Positions 13,385-27,713 of a DNA stretch of 64,000 nt are shown one piece after another. The notes beneath the pieces were generated by a model. The model had not been told where the DNA came from, searched no databases, and saw only the letters and a list, made by a program, of their open reading frames with translations. This DNA comes from Eledone cirrhosa (lineage: Eukaryota), in contig OZ024744.1 in NCBI GenBank assembly GCA_964016885.1, positions 92,070,001-92,134,000 of the forward strand, in the 5' to 3' direction. The stretch's first letter is position 1, and every line of letters begins with the position of its first letter. The position numbers were made by a program, and so were the translations under genes.

Positions 13385-13900
13385 CTGCACCGATGAAGGG
13401 TAATCACCCAGAAACATTAGTGTCTGCAGTTCTGTTTAGATGCCAACACAAGAGCAAGAATGAGGGGCCCATTCTACTGACATGGCTTAAAAGAGGCTGT
13501 TTGCATAATTGCAACCGAATCGAATATTATTGCTGATATTTGAAAAACTCAGATTACATTTATTGTATTCAGCCATGTAGAGCAATAAACTATTTGTTAG
13601 TTATTTGAATATGGCAAAGCCGGCCATTAATCGCTCGTATACAGGAAACTGACTGGCCTGTCTGCTGATATGCAAATGTGGCTGATCAGTGGATCTGCTA
13701 ATATGCAGATCTGACTGATCAGCCAGTCTGCTAATATGCAAATCAGGCCGTTCAGTCACTGTAAACTGCACTGATGAAGGGTAATCACCAGAAACATTAG
13801 TTCTGTTTACATGCCAACACAAGAGCAACATTGAGGAGCTCATTCTACCGACTTGGCTTAAAAGAGGGTGTTTGCATAATTGTAAACGAATCGAATATTA
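13385..13900 (+). ncRNA. Tandem HHR module (hammerheads at 13385-13429 and 13766-13800), 381-nt period
   Basis: CTGCA-C(C/T)GATGA-AGGGTAATCACCCA-GAAA-CATTAGTG-TC-TGCAG; second copy has a deletion at the cleavage site. Confidence 0.75.
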
Positions 13901-13904
13901 TTTT

Positions 13905-14080
13905 TGGCAGTATCGTAGAGGGTTGGACGCCATGCTTTCTAGCATAGTTACGTCCCTTTACGGTCTGAGTTCAAATCCCGCCAAGATTAACTTTGCCTTT
14001 CATCCTTATGGGGTCGATAAAATAAAGTACCAGTAATGCACTGGGTAATAGCTCGCCTTGTGCCTAAAGTAGAAACAATT
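13905..14080 (+). mobile_element. tRNA-SINE copy
   Basis: Same family; interrupts the HHR module. Confidence 0.85.
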
Positions 14081-14140
14081 ATTAATATTAGAAAAACTCA
14101 GACTACATATATATATATATATGTATGTAGTATATATGTA

Positions 14141-14204
<64 letters not shown>

Positions 14205-14271
14205 ACGTAGTCTGAGTTTTTCTAATATTAATAATAATATTCGATTCGTTTGCAATATATATATATTTATA

Positions 14272-14654
14272 TTAGAATCTCTGGCCCCTCTGCTAATGAA
14301 GATATTTTTAACGCCTCTGCCTCCTACTACAATGACGCCCTCGCCCGCAGCGGATTTAAAGAAGAGATAACTCACCTAGAAACCACCGCAAGACTGCAGA
14401 GGAGGAATAAGCATAGGCAGATTAGCTGGTACAACCCTCCCTTCAATAGAGAGGTCTCTACACCTATAGCCAGGATTTTCTTCACTTTGCTGAACACACA
14501 CTTCCCCATACAACATAGGTACTACGCCATCTTTAAAACGAACACAATAAGACTTTCCTACTCCACCACACCTAACCTAGCTAGGAATATAGCCAATCAC
14601 AATTCTAAAAAATTAAATAAGTCAACCACCTCCGAACCCTCGGCAGCTTGTTGA
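14272..14654 (+). pseudogene. Penelope-like element fragment (thumb/linker)
   Basis: IFN..ASYYNDALARSGF...WYNPPFN...IRLSYSTTPNL, homologous to the other PLE ORFs in the window. Confidence 0.85.
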
Positions 14655-14699
14655 AGAGTTGAGGGCCCTTGAATCCCAGGCTATTGCAATACCTGCTCC

Positions 14700-15552
14700 T
14701 TATTCTAGATGTCGAAGACGAGACCTTTGGCACCACACAGTGACGTCCTGTTCGACCTGTTTGGTGCTAGTCCCTCCAGGATTTTCCACATGTAGATCAC
14801 TGCGTATCTCTCCTGTCTTCGTTCCAAGGAGTAGAGGTTCAGTTCCTTTAGCCTCTCCCAGTAGCTTGTCTCCTTCATCGTGGCAATCCTCTTGGTGGAG
14901 CTTCGCTGGATTGCCTCAAGCTCCGTGGTTAGTTTGACACTATGGGGTGACCACAACTGGGAGCAGTAGTCCAGGCGACTTAGGACAAATGTCCTCCAGA
15001 GTGTCAACATGGTGTCTCGGTCTCTTGTCCAGAAAGACCTCAAGATCCAGCCAGAGAGTCGTCTGCACATTGTCGCCACTTTCATGATGTGTGAAGAAAA
15101 AGATGTATCATCGCTCATGTCTATGCCCAGGTCTCGTATCGATTTTGACACGGGATATCGGTCGCTCCTGGTCCTGTGTAGTTGTGTTGTACTATATTTG
15201 TGTTTGCAGGTTTGTTTGGAGGTTTGTATTGTAGGGCTTGGAATTTGCCAGCATTAAACTGCATGTTGTTTTCTTCCGCCCATTTGTATATGGCATCCAG
15301 ATCTTGTTGTAAAAGGGCAGCGTCAGCCGGCTTTTTGATTGCCTGTGCTACCTTATTGTCATAGCTAGTGAGGGATGTTGTTGTATGTACTACAGAGGGC
15401 ATGTCTGAGAGAGCCACCAAAAACAGTAGTGGTGCCAGGACTGTCCCCTGGGGCACCCCATTTGTTATTGGTGTTTCCTTTGAGAGGGCCCCTTGCTGCG
15501 ACTGTCTGGCTTCTGTCCTTTAGGAAGTCATGCAGCCACTCACCTACTTTTC
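14700..15552 (-). pseudogene. CR1/L2-group LINE RT fragment
   Basis: [46 protein letters not shown]; frameshifted. Confidence 0.85.
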
Positions 15553-15553
15553 C

Positions 15554-15591
<38 letters not shown>

Positions 15592-15603
15592 ATATGTGTG
15601 TAT

Positions 15604-15653
<50 letters not shown>

Positions 15654-15674
15654 ATATATATATATATACGTATG

Positions 15675-15721
<47 letters not shown>

Positions 15722-15744
15722 AAATATATATATATATGTATATA

Positions 15745-15787
<43 letters not shown>

Positions 15788-15901
15788 ATATATTTATATA
15801 TATGTATATGTATGTATATATGTATGTATGTGCGTGTATGTATATATATATGTGTGTATGTGTATATGTGTATATGTATCTGTATATATATATATATGTG
15901 G

Positions 15902-15996
<95 letters not shown>

Positions 15997-15997
15997 A

Positions 15998-16866
15998 AGA
16001 TAAGCAGAACAAGTAAAATTCAACCAATTTTTCAAAATAAATCAAAATTAATTTAAAATTAAAATTAATCAAAATTAAAAAATATAATATAAATATTTAC
16101 CTATTCAAATGGCCCTTACTGTACAGTTTCACTTTGCAAAACATTAGATATCACATGGATATTAATGGAAAAACAAAGATCATCAGAGAAGCATTTTCCC
16201 TTCCTAGGGTTAAAAACCTCAGGAACGATAAAATATATGACATTAAGTTCTGGTATATCAAATTATTACCATAGAACCACCTTGAACAACCTATGTATTT
16301 CTGGGGGTACCTTGTACCCTTAGACATATTAACTTTATTCATTATTCTCCGTTATGTAGAGAACAAATCTGTCGTTCTATCTAGCTGGTATTTTTTTTTT
16401 TTTAGTGGCGACTATAGACAACAAGTCTGTGATTTCCCGCCTTCACTTCACACCAGCGAACATACGGGTCACTTTTACGACCTTTCAGACCCATGTTAGC
16501 TGGGGAAGAGGTCATATATTTTATCGTTCCTGAGGTTTTTAACCATAGGAAAGGAAAATGCTTCTCTGATGATCTTTGTTTTTCCATTAATATCCATGTG
16601 ATATCTAATGTTTTGCAAAGTGAAACTGTACAGTAAAAGCCATTCAAATAGGTAAATATTTATATTATATTTTTTAATTTTGATTAATTTTAATTTTAAA
16701 TTAATTTTGATTTATTTTGAAAAATTGGTTGAATTTTACTTGTTCTGCTTATCTTGATATTAAGTTCTGGTATATCAAATTATTACCATAGAACCACCTT
16801 GAATCATAGACAACCTATGTATTTCTGGGGGTACCTTGTACCCTTAGACATATTAACTTTATTCAT
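15998..16866. ncRNA. Inverted-repeat module with two hammerheads (16111-16192 minus; 16560-16640 plus)
   Basis: GCTTCT-CTGATGA-TCTTTG...CAAAGT-GAAA-CTGTACAG-TA-A(G/A)(G/A)GC; arms ~15998-16240 and ~16514-16755; direct repeat 16243-16342 / 16759-16866. Confidence 0.85.
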
Positions 16867-16914
16867 ATATATATATATATATATATATCTAAGGCGGGTA
16901 AAATTCCCGAGATC

Positions 16915-17045
16915 CATGGACGAGTTCTCTCCAGCGGTCTCTGTCCCTCATTATCGCTGCCATGTCCTGCGTCTCCAACAGACCAGTGTCTGTCCTTAGG
17001 GCATCAACATACGTTAACCTTGGTCTTCCTCTTCTAGTGTGTCCA
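16915..17045 (-). pseudogene. RTE LINE extreme 3' fragment
   Basis: Minus strand [13 protein letters not shown]...MRDRDRWRELV. Confidence 0.6.
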
Positions 17046-17789
17046 TGTATGTATGTGTATTTGTATGTATGTGTGTGTGTATGTGTACATATATATATAT
17101 ATATGTGTATATGTGTGTATATATATATGTGTATATATATATATATATATATGTATATGTGTATATATATATATGTATATATATATATGTATGTGTATAT
17201 CTATATGTGTATGTATATATGTGTGTGTGTGTATATATATATATTTATATATATGTAAGAGTATATGTATATATATATGTATATGTGTGTGTATGTGCAT
17301 ATGTTTATCTTTGTGTGTATATATATGTGTATATGTATATGTATGTATATGTATGTATATATGTGTATATATGTATATATGTATATATGTATATATATAT
17401 ATGTATGTTTGTATATGTATATATATATATATGTCTGTGTGTGTGTGTGTGTGTGTATGTGTATTTGTATGTATGTATGTGTGTGTATGTGTATATATAT
17501 ATATGTATATGTGTGTGTATGTGTGTATATATATGTGTGTATATATGTATATATATGTGTATATGTATATGTATGTATATGTATGTATATATGTGTATAT
17601 ATGTATATATGTATATATATGTATGTGTGTATATGTATATATATATATATATGTGTGTGTGCGTGTGTGTGTGTGTGTGTATGTATGTGTATGTATATAT
17701 ATGTGTGAATATATATATGTATATATATATATGTATATGTGTGTATATATGTATGTATATTTGTATATATGTATGTGTATATGTATGTA

Positions 17790-17835
<46 letters not shown>

Positions 17836-18178
17836 CGTGTGTATGTATATATATATATATATGTATATATATGTGTATATGTGTGTGTGTGTAATGTGTG
17901 TGTGTGCGTGTGTGTGTGCGTGCATGTCTGCGTGTGTGTGTGTATGTGTGTATGTGAATATGTCTGTCGACACCTGGAATATAGCTTAAGAGAAATTTGA
18001 AGATAATGATATGATAGGCACCCAATATTTTGAACTGGTTTATAGAATTCTCTAGGCCTTTGTCACTCTAAGTAGAACTTTAAAGAATTAGCTTTTAATG
18101 ACCTCCACCCATTCCACTCCCCACCCTCTCCTACCACCTGAAAAGAGCTATAAATACAACATTTATTTTTGGAAAGCC

Positions 18179-18229
18179 AGATTCCTGATGATTTCTAAAG
18201 AAGGAAACAGTTCTAGTCCTGTAGAATCT
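18179..18229 (+). ncRNA. Canonical type I hammerhead ribozyme
   Basis: AGATTC-CTGATGA-TTTCT AA AGAAG-GAAA-CAG TTCTAGTC CTG-TA-GAATCT. Confidence 0.9.
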
Positions 18230-18394
18230 CATCTATATTAAAACTTTTATACTCTGCTATGTATTGAGTACCTTACTTACTGTGGTTACCTCCGATTCAA
18301 CCCGGAATAACGTATATATATATATATATATTGCAAACGAATCGAATATTATTATTGATATTAGAAAAACTTAGACTACATATATATATATATA

Positions 18395-18650
18395 TATGCA
18401 AAAGTTCTATTTAAAATTGTTGGGATACAACAAGTAAATATTTTTATAACTGATATAAAGCACTCGACAAATTTTTGGAGTAGATATACGATATTAATAA
18501 ATGGAAACTATATTTATAAAACCATATTTATTTCATTATACATATTTCAGGGATACCACATTAAATTATGGTATGCCTTCATCAGACAAAATACAATATA
18601 TAACAGTTTTACAAATAGGTTTGACGTACCCTTTAAATACAGCCATTTAT
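18395..18650 (-). mobile_element. Solo PLE pseudo-LTR with hammerhead (18530-18592)
   Basis: CTGATGA-AGGCATACCA...TGGTATCCCT-GAAA-TATG-TA; homologous to the 3' end of the PLE at 30720-31150. Confidence 0.8.
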
Positions 18651-18655
18651 GTATG

Positions 18656-18759
<104 letters not shown>

Positions 18760-19254
18760 AATATAAATTAGCGAGAATCGTTTTCAGCTCAGGAATTAAC
18801 GAAAATCAACGTCCGATATGTGTGGCAAGCGCTCGATGAATCATATGAATCAGAGCTACAACATACGTTAAGGGCGAAACACACTGAGATGATGGTTAAA
18901 CATATCATCCGCACAGCCAAAATCAAAACGACCAAGTAATTCGGGTCAAACAATAAAAATATATGTGTTGATACTTTCCCGGACCCTGGACTGATGGTAA
19001 AATCCAGTATTGGTTTCTGCGACTCCATATATATATATGTATGTATATATATATATATATGTATGTATGTATATATATATATATATACATAATGATTTGA
19101 ACATAACTTTGATAATTGTGTAATTTATATGTATATAAATATATATATATATAAAAGGAACAATCGACTTTCGTCAAATCGGACCGAGGAAACAATGTTT
19201 TCATCGGTCTTTCCAGTTGCTAGTACTATCTAGCGGTCGCAACTCCAGGTAGAA

Positions 19255-19371
19255 GGAGCAACGTGAAATAAAGTGTCTTGCTCAAAGACATAACGTATCG
19301 CCCGGTCCAGGAATCGAACTCACAACCTCAAGATTGTGAATCCAATTCTCTAAGCACTCAGCCACACGCCT
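19255..19371 (-). mobile_element. Second tRNA-SINE family, 5' head
   Basis: Minus strand GGCGTGTGGCTGAGTG...GAGTTCGATTCC...TTGAGCAAGACACTTTATTTCAC. Confidence 0.7.
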
Positions 19372-19374
19372 TTA

Positions 19375-19479
<105 letters not shown>

Positions 19480-19484
19480 ATATG

Positions 19485-19529
<45 letters not shown>

Positions 19530-20784
19530 GTACAAACATTAGATACATATATAGATACATATATATTGATGTTGGGAGCAACAGTTTCGTATTTACAGGG
19601 TGTAATGTATGCGACATATATTATACGAGAATTGTACAAAAATTCAAATTCAAATTAAAAGGACAGAGTGGAATACATGCGACAGATAATACAAGAGAAT
19701 AGTCTAATAATTAAAGAGGCATTGAGAAATAATGAAGACATTAGCAGTACATATGCAAGCGTGTAGAAAGTGCACATGCGTTAGTCATATATATGAGAAG
19801 GAAATAAGTAAAGGTATTAGGCGTATATAGATAAATAAATAAATACTGTATGGCAAGCAAATGTGTTAATGTATTAAAAATTTATGGTGGATGTAATATG
19901 ATGATAGTGTTCAAATTTGTGTGTGTTGAGAAAATCAAAGTTATTGTAGTCTTTTCCATTACATATGTTAAATTATATTTTAGTTAATGTTTATATTGAA
20001 TGTTTTAAGTTAGTTACAGCAATGGATTGTAAATTGGTCTTATTGTATTCTTATTCATGGATTAGAGTTGTTCAAAAGGTAGTTTTTCCAACGGTTTAAT
20101 TTCTGGAAGTGAGTATGAGATCTAAGATTAAGGGGACCTAATGCGTAAGGGGAGGTAACTAGCTAATTAAATTAAATTCAGTTATTTAAATTCTTTGCTC
20201 TAATACACATTATACTGTGATACAAGTGAATCTCTATTACATAATGTTATATAGTTATACTTAATTTTAAATACAGTCTGTTTTCCTATAATACATTAAA
20301 GGTCTCATTAGATTGTTATCTATCCATTACTGGACAAGATATAAGTTATGGAAAAATGTATAGCTGTTTATATTTCCAAATAGTTAGATCATGTGTGTAA
20401 TAATATACATTATATTGCGTTAAAAGTTAATCCCTTATATACAATACTATTAATTTATATATTTAATTATAAATGTATATATAATTTATTATTATTATAT
20501 TGTGTTAAAAGTAAATCCCTTATATACAATGCTATTAATTTAAATATTTAATTATAAATGTGTATATAATTTATTATCACATATTACATTAAATGTCTCT
20601 ATATTATATATCCATTACTGTATATAATATAATTAAGCTATAGTAGTTATATTAAAAGGTGGTAATTTTATGTTTATTTCTAATAGTTATTGTTGAGTAT
20701 AATTTTAGACATAAATAGGATTTGTGTAGAGGAAAGAGCTGATCAAAGAGTGTGTTGTTGTGGGGGCTGATAAGTCATAGAGTC

Positions 20785-22745
20785 CTAGAGGTGAAGTGTT
20801 AATGGTGGTGAGGAATTCAAATCTGACATTGTTATATACTGGCAGCTAGGTTTAAAGTTATGGAACGAGTGTCGGTAGTGGTGCGGACATGAGGAAAATA
20901 CCACTGATTTTCTATTTAGGAGGTCTAGTTTCGAAAAGATTATAGTACGGGTCTCTAGAAGACAGAGATTACACAATTTATTCGGTGGTTTATACGATGT
21001 GGCCCTACCTACTACTTCCCATTGAAGTGTAAATGGTATATTCCTAGTTTTCAGAGAGTGTACGTGGCTAGATAAAGAAGTGGAGTTGGCTAGATTGTGT
21101 TTTTTGAAAGAGTGGAGGTGCGAGTTGTATCTCGTCTTGAAGCAGTTCGAAGTAGAGCCAATATATGTTTTAGAAGAGTTGTTTGCGTTGACCGTGCATT
21201 AGTAAATGATGTCTTTGATTAAGCAATTATTACCTAAGGAGCAAGTTCTATTAGTTCTATAGTTACATTTATTCTGGATGTTTGCTTGCCGGTTACTATG
21301 TTGTGTAGAAGTCTGGTTTCTAGGGATAGCATTAGGGTAATGATGGTTGTCATTCCTATTGTTATTGATTTCATTAGTGCTATTACCATTATTATTATTG
21401 TTACTACTAGGATTTAGAGGTACTAAGTTTACCTCCTGTTGTGTTTTAATTAGTTGGAAATAATTATTAATCTTCCTTTTATTACTACTAGCTATATGGT
21501 ACGCGATGTTAGGTGTGGTAGAGTAAGAGATTTTAATGGTATTTTTATTGATAAGATTATGGTATTTGTGGCCGGATGGGAAGTTTTTTTATAAGATTGA
21601 GAAGAAAGCCTTAGGCAAGTTGGTAGAGACGTTTAGATTGAAATGGGGATTGAAGAATGTATTAGTTCTTCTATTTTTGTTTTTTGTAATGTTTTTTGAG
21701 GTATTTGTATTCCTGTTTATATTATTATTGTGGTGTTTACTTTGGTATTACCCTTCGTATTAGTGTTATAGTGGCTAGTACTTTTATTATTTTTCCTCAT
21801 GGCCATATTGTGAGAAATAATGTTGTAACTATGTGATTTTATAGGTAGGAATTCAATTCCATTCTTATGTCCTGATTTAGCTAAGGCCTCATTATAGTAT
21901 TGAGAATTATTGTTAAATATGGTTTCGTTGTATGATAGATTAGAGATTCTATTAGATATTCCTTTAGTAATCGAGTTTAATATGGATTTAGGGTGGTTAG
22001 AATTGGTATCTACATAAAGTAGTTTTTCGTTTGGTTTATGAAAGGGTGTATATATTTTAGAGTCTAGGTAAAGGGTAGCATCAAGGAAGTTAACGTTTTT
22101 AGTGTTTTTATCTAAGGTGATACCTAAGTTGAAGTTTTTGAAAATGTAATGTAATTGTTTCCTAGTTCTTTCTATATTAAGTTTTTTATAGTCTATAAGG
22201 AGTAGTGCATCATCGCGGTATAAACCACCATTGAGGTAGGGTAGGTTCTTATGAATTCCATTTAGTAGATATAGGCCCACTAAATCTGTGACCTGCACCG
22301 AGTCACTAGATCCCATAGTTATGTCAAAGTTGTTATGCGTATCTTCAAATGTAATTATGGTTTTTAGGGCCGCAAGTATGACATCAATTTGGGATCTAGT
22401 CAGGTCACTATTGTTCATGGCCATAATTAAAGCCTTATTTAATAGGATAGGGGAAATAGAGGTGTAGTATAAATTGATATCAAATTGTATAAATTTTTTA
22501 AAATTCTTTTTAATATCCTTGAATCATTCAATAACTTCACCTGTATTTCCCCATTGGTTAAGATATAATTTGTGCTTAAATTGTGGAATGATTGTGTCTA
22601 ATATTTTCATGCTGATAATACCAATGTCAGATTTGGAAGGGCAAATTAGTCTTATCGAAGGGTACCTAATGAAGTCTTCTTTATGGTCCTTCAGAGAGAA
22701 TCTTGGGGGCTTAGAGGTGTATGGCTGTGTATGTCTCTGAAGTCC
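20785..22745 (-). mobile_element. Degenerate Penelope-like element (RT + GIY-YIG)
   Basis: [48 protein letters not shown]; stops and frameshifts; abuts (TA)n. Confidence 0.9.
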
Positions 22746-22774
22746 CAATTTACACACTATACTACAGCCTTCTA

Positions 22775-22890
<116 letters not shown>

Positions 22891-22899
22891 TATATATAT

Positions 22900-23212
22900 A
22901 TGTAGATAAATCTACCAAAATATACGGTAGTGTCCAATCCGTATGAAGAACTCAATGTGATCCAAATATCATGAAAAGAGAAGATGCATTCAAAGATTTT
23001 CGATGAAAATCATAGGAAAACAGAGTCAAGATAAATTAATAAAAACAATGAAATAAAAACAAAGAACAAGTTCATTATATTAAAAATGTCATCATTTTAC
23101 GATCGTTTCTAGGATGTATATGTGTGTTATATCATATAGATCTATGTAAAAATATTACAAATTATCAGAGGAAATATACATACCTTCACATATACATGCT
23201 GTTTTCAGAAAT
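22900..23212 (-). ncRNA. HHR module (decayed core CTGAAAA); sister copies at 53938-54251 and 55645-55790
   Basis: Minus strand ...GAAA-CGATCG-TA-AAAT. Confidence 0.55.
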
Positions 23213-23344
23213 ATATATATATCAGGAACGATCGCCTTTCGTCAAATCGGACCGAGGAAACAATGTTTCCAATGGTCTTTCCAGTTGCTAATACTATCTA
23301 TCGGTCGCAACTCTGGAAGCCTTTTCTAACTCCAACCATATTTG

Positions 23345-23422
<78 letters not shown>

Positions 23423-23449
23423 CATATATATATATATATACATACAAAT

Positions 23450-24047
23450 ATGGTTGGAGTTAGAAAAGGCTTCCAGCCAGAAACCAACCCAGAAAAAGTT
23501 CTGTATGAGCAAGACATGATCACCTGACCTAACTTACCTCAGAACGTCAGGACAACAGGTCTAACCCATGCTAGCGTGAAAAATGGACGTTAAACGATGA
23601 TCATGATGATGATGATTTACAAATTAGCGTAATTAAAGTTAAATGTTTAGCTGGTTCTGTTAGTTACAAGGTGTTGCCAAGTTTTACAAACATTTATGCT
23701 AATGAGTTAATTAGAGTGGTTAGTTAGTTAAAGTTTTATCTGGTTCTGTTAGTTTTAATGTGCTGACCTAGTTGCCAAGTTTTACAAAAAATGTATGCTT
23801 CGGTGCCACGACAAAAAGCACCTAGTCCTTACTGTAAAAGTGGTCGTGTTGGTGAACGATAAAAAGGATCCAGCAAATAGTGTAAATATTGTTGGTGTTA
23901 TGAAGGGCATCCAGCCGTAGAAATCAAGCCCAAAACAGTTCTGTATGAGCAAGACATGATCACCTCGTCTTTCAGCATGAGGACAACACTTCTAACCCAT
24001 GCTACCGTAGAAAATGGTCATTAAACGGTGGTGATGATGATGATGCT
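23450..24047 (+). mobile_element. Two RTE-LINE 3' UTR fragments
   Basis: GAAGGGCATCCAGCCGTAGAAA...AACCCATGCTA..GT.GAAA(A)TGG..(GAT)n; matches 63800-64000 and 12455-12562. Confidence 0.7.
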
Positions 24048-24112
<65 letters not shown>

Positions 24113-24117
24113 TATAT

Positions 24118-24186
<69 letters not shown>

Positions 24187-24194
<8 letters not shown>

Positions 24195-24313
24195 GTACAG
24201 ATTAAAGTTTAAGCAAAGAGTCGCTGCTTTCACCCTTAACAGGATCTTCAGAAGATCCCGTTAAGGGTGAAAGCAGCGATTCTTTGCTTAAACTTGAGTC
24301 TGTTCTTATAATA
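24187..24313. ncRNA. Fold-back palindrome of a hammerhead; apex at the core box
   Basis: Minus strand CTGAAGA-TCCTGTTAAGGGT-GAAA-GCAG..TTGC-TT; apex TCTTC-A-GAAGA at 24250; related copy at 53458-53530. Confidence 0.7.
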
Positions 24314-24337
24314 AATATTTTCTCTACGGGTTTATAA

Positions 24338-24492
<155 letters not shown>

Positions 24493-25664
24493 GTCTATGC
24501 GTGTGTGTGTGTATATATATATATACATATGGATTATATTAGAGTTTTTAAATTTCTTTTACACTAAACATGTAGGCCTGAAATTTCTTTTACACCAAAC
24601 ATGTAGGCTTGACATTTTTTTTTTACACCAAAAATGTGGACCTGAAAATGGGTTACAAAGTAGAAAGGAAAAAAAAGTTGCAAAATATCTATGGTTTATA
24701 TCACCTGTGATAGAAAGATAGATAGAAAGCTAGCTCTCTATATATATATATATATTCAGGTTTGAGGTTCACCACTGTATAGAGCTGGTCTATTCCGTAT
24801 GGTCAATCGTAATGCAATAATATAGAGAGTACTCAACGTAAAGCAGTTCAACCGTCTTTGTTTTTGTAGTTGATGGTGCTATTACGGAGTTAAATATTAT
24901 AATGAAATGACAGGAGGCTGGATTTGAATCAATATTCACGCGGCCGGTGTTTTAACCGCCACATAGTACCTTTAAATTACAGAACAAATCGGAACTATTA
25001 TATAATTAAATGTTAAACTGTTGAACTTTAAATTTTCTAACCTCTTTAATATTGAATATTGATTATTAATTTTTTTAACTTCATCCTAGAAGTCTAAACA
25101 CTGTAACACACTGACTCCCAATATATTCACCTCTGCTAAGATGCGGGTCCCTGTGAACATTTTCTCGCGCCACTCCTGGCTTGACTGTGGTCTGACATTA
25201 ATATCGACCTTTCTTCCTCTTTCTTTCTATCTTCCTTCTTGTAGCCATCAACCCTTACTTTTCTACTTCTCTCTTCCCTTCCTTCTCTTCTCCCCTCCTC
25301 CTGTCTTCCTCCCGCAGACCTATCTTCCTTCCCCCTCTTGCTTGCCTATATCTGACCGGTAGTAGTTGCCTTTCTTCTTTTAGCTGACATTAACCCTGGC
25401 TTCTCTTCTTCTTTCTTCCCCTTCTTCTCTCTCCTTCCTTTCTTTCTTTCTTTCTTTTACCTTGTGTCATGAGATCGACGTTAACTTATGCTCCCATCCC
25501 TTTCTGTTTTCGTTTATCTGACCGGTAGTAGCATACTATAAACTTTAGCCACGTCACTCCAGGGCGACCGGCTGAGGTTGAAGGAACAGAATAGCGGCCG
25601 CCCTCGGGTCTCGATTTTCAGCCCCATGGATTTTACCTATTACATTCACGTATTATATTTCGAA

Positions 25665-25720
25665 TATCTGATGATATCACCGGATTCATACGGAACCCGG
25701 TCATTGAAATGATCATAGTA
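25665..25720 (+). ncRNA. Hammerhead (family of 13228)
   Basis: CTGATGA-TATCACCGG...CCGGTCATT-GAAA-TGATCA-TA. Confidence 0.8.
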
Positions 25721-25771
25721 TAATAAACCTTTCAAGGGTTTACACAAATCCAGCCTCCTGTCATTTCATTA

Positions 25772-25828
<57 letters not shown>

Positions 25829-25863
25829 CTAGCCATATATATATATATATATATATAAAGCTA

Positions 25864-25965
<102 letters not shown>

Positions 25966-25995
25966 CAAGTATTGTACCAAGAAAAATAAAGCGTC

Positions 25996-26108
25996 GGCTT
26001 TAATGTATGTTTCTATGTCTATTATAATTGTCTACATGTGCTGACTGCAATATATATTGTTCAATCATATGCAATGCTTAATTATTTATTACACTTCATC
26101 AGAAAGCC
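25996..26108 (-). ncRNA. Hammerhead, helix III decayed
   Basis: GGCTTT-CTGATGA-...-GAAA-CATACA-TT-AAAGCC; helix III probably a CpG-decayed ACGTACGT. Confidence 0.65.
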
Positions 26109-26171
26109 TATAATAGTGGATGTCAGCTATTCACTACGCAGTAGAATTCAGAAATGAATATATATATATAT

Positions 26172-27660
26172 ATAAATCAGGAAAGAAGGTTGACATGGTT
26201 TGCAATACAAAAAAGGTTTTTAATCTCATAGCTGACAATTGTTTCTCTGAACTGGTAGGTCTAGAGATCGCTATTCGCTTGTTTTCACGTTACTCGATCG
26301 CCAATACAAAATTATAACCAGTCAGTTCTTCGGAGCATGCGAGAATGAAGAGAATATACAGGCATGAAAGGAATATACAGGCTACTATATGAAGTAGTAA
26401 TGGCATTCAGTTAAAACAATAACAACAATTACAACAATGCTAGTAATAAATTATTTGAGGAGACCCTGACATTACATTAGGTGGGGGGTATAGTGTATCT
26501 AAGATTTCGGCGTGTAAAACTAGCTGACATGAAGCAGAAGTATAAGTTTGGCATGTCGTAGGGTGTATTGTATCAATTTTAAAGATAAGCCGGTGTTTAT
26601 CACCAATATAGGTCAGGTGGCCGTAATGTTCAGTATTTATCTGACCGACGAAGTATTTATCATTGAGTAGAATTTGTGTGGTCTACATTAGATGAGAATA
26701 CAGTCTTTCTTTTCATCTTCAATAACATACATGTATGGGACAACACTGTCAAAGCTAGATAATACAGAGGTTAAGGAGGTAATACATATATATATATATA
26801 CACATATATACACACACACATATATATATACACACGCGTGGGTACATAGACACATACATACACATCAATATACACTCGTACAAAAATATACATACATGCA
26901 AAGAGATAAGCGTGCTGATTGTAATTATGGCAAAAGGAAGGTAAAGTTACATTGTAGAAGTGATTTGAGACTGTATTCTCATCTAATGTAGACCACACAA
27001 ATTCTACTCAATGATAAATACTTCGTCGGTCAGATAAATACTGAACATTACGGCCACCTGACCTATATTGGTGATAAACACCGGCTTATCTTTAAAATTG
27101 ATACAATACACCCTACGACATGCCCTACTTCTGCTTCATGTCAGCTAGTTTTACACGCCGAAATCTTAGATACACTATACCCCCCACCTAATGTAATGTC
27201 AGGGTCTCCTCAAATAATTTATTACTAGCATTGTTGTAATTGTTGTTATTGTTCTAACTGAATGCCATTACTACTTCATATAGTAGCCTGTATATTCTTT
27301 TCATGCCTGTATATTCTCTTCATTCTCGCATGCTCCGAAGAACTGACTGGTTATAATTTTGTATTGGCGATCGAGTAACGTGAAAACAAGCGAATAGCGA
27401 TCTCTAGACCTACCAGTTCAGAGAAACAATTGTCAGCAATGAGATTAAAAATCTTTTTTGTATTGCAAACCATGTCCATCTTCTTTCCTGATTTATTATT
27501 ACTCCAAGTGTTTACAACATAGGAATTACAGCATACCGCAGCATCACTATGAAAACGCCTTGTTGAGTCAAACCTAGCCTAGCGTTGATATCATCCACTA
27601 CCCGGAATACCATAACTGGACTACACCTAAGGGGACTGGATATAACTATTATTTGTTATC
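26172..27660. repeat. ~535-bp-arm inverted repeat with two hammerheads (26231-26337 minus; 27331-27438 plus)
   Basis: Arms ~26172-26706 and ~26968-27496; TGCT-CCGAAGA...GAAA-CAATTG-TC-AGCA; same family as 9645. Confidence 0.85.
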
Positions 27661-27662
27661 CC

Positions 27663-27713
<51 letters not shown>

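Noticed and set aside
13640-13760. 23-nt repeats as a CRISPR-like array
   Set aside because: Plain degenerate tandem repeats without unique spacers; eukaryotic context and no cas genes
18770-19028. Unique island with TCGATGA...GCGAAAC
   Set aside because: Helices could not be paired convincingly; left unassigned
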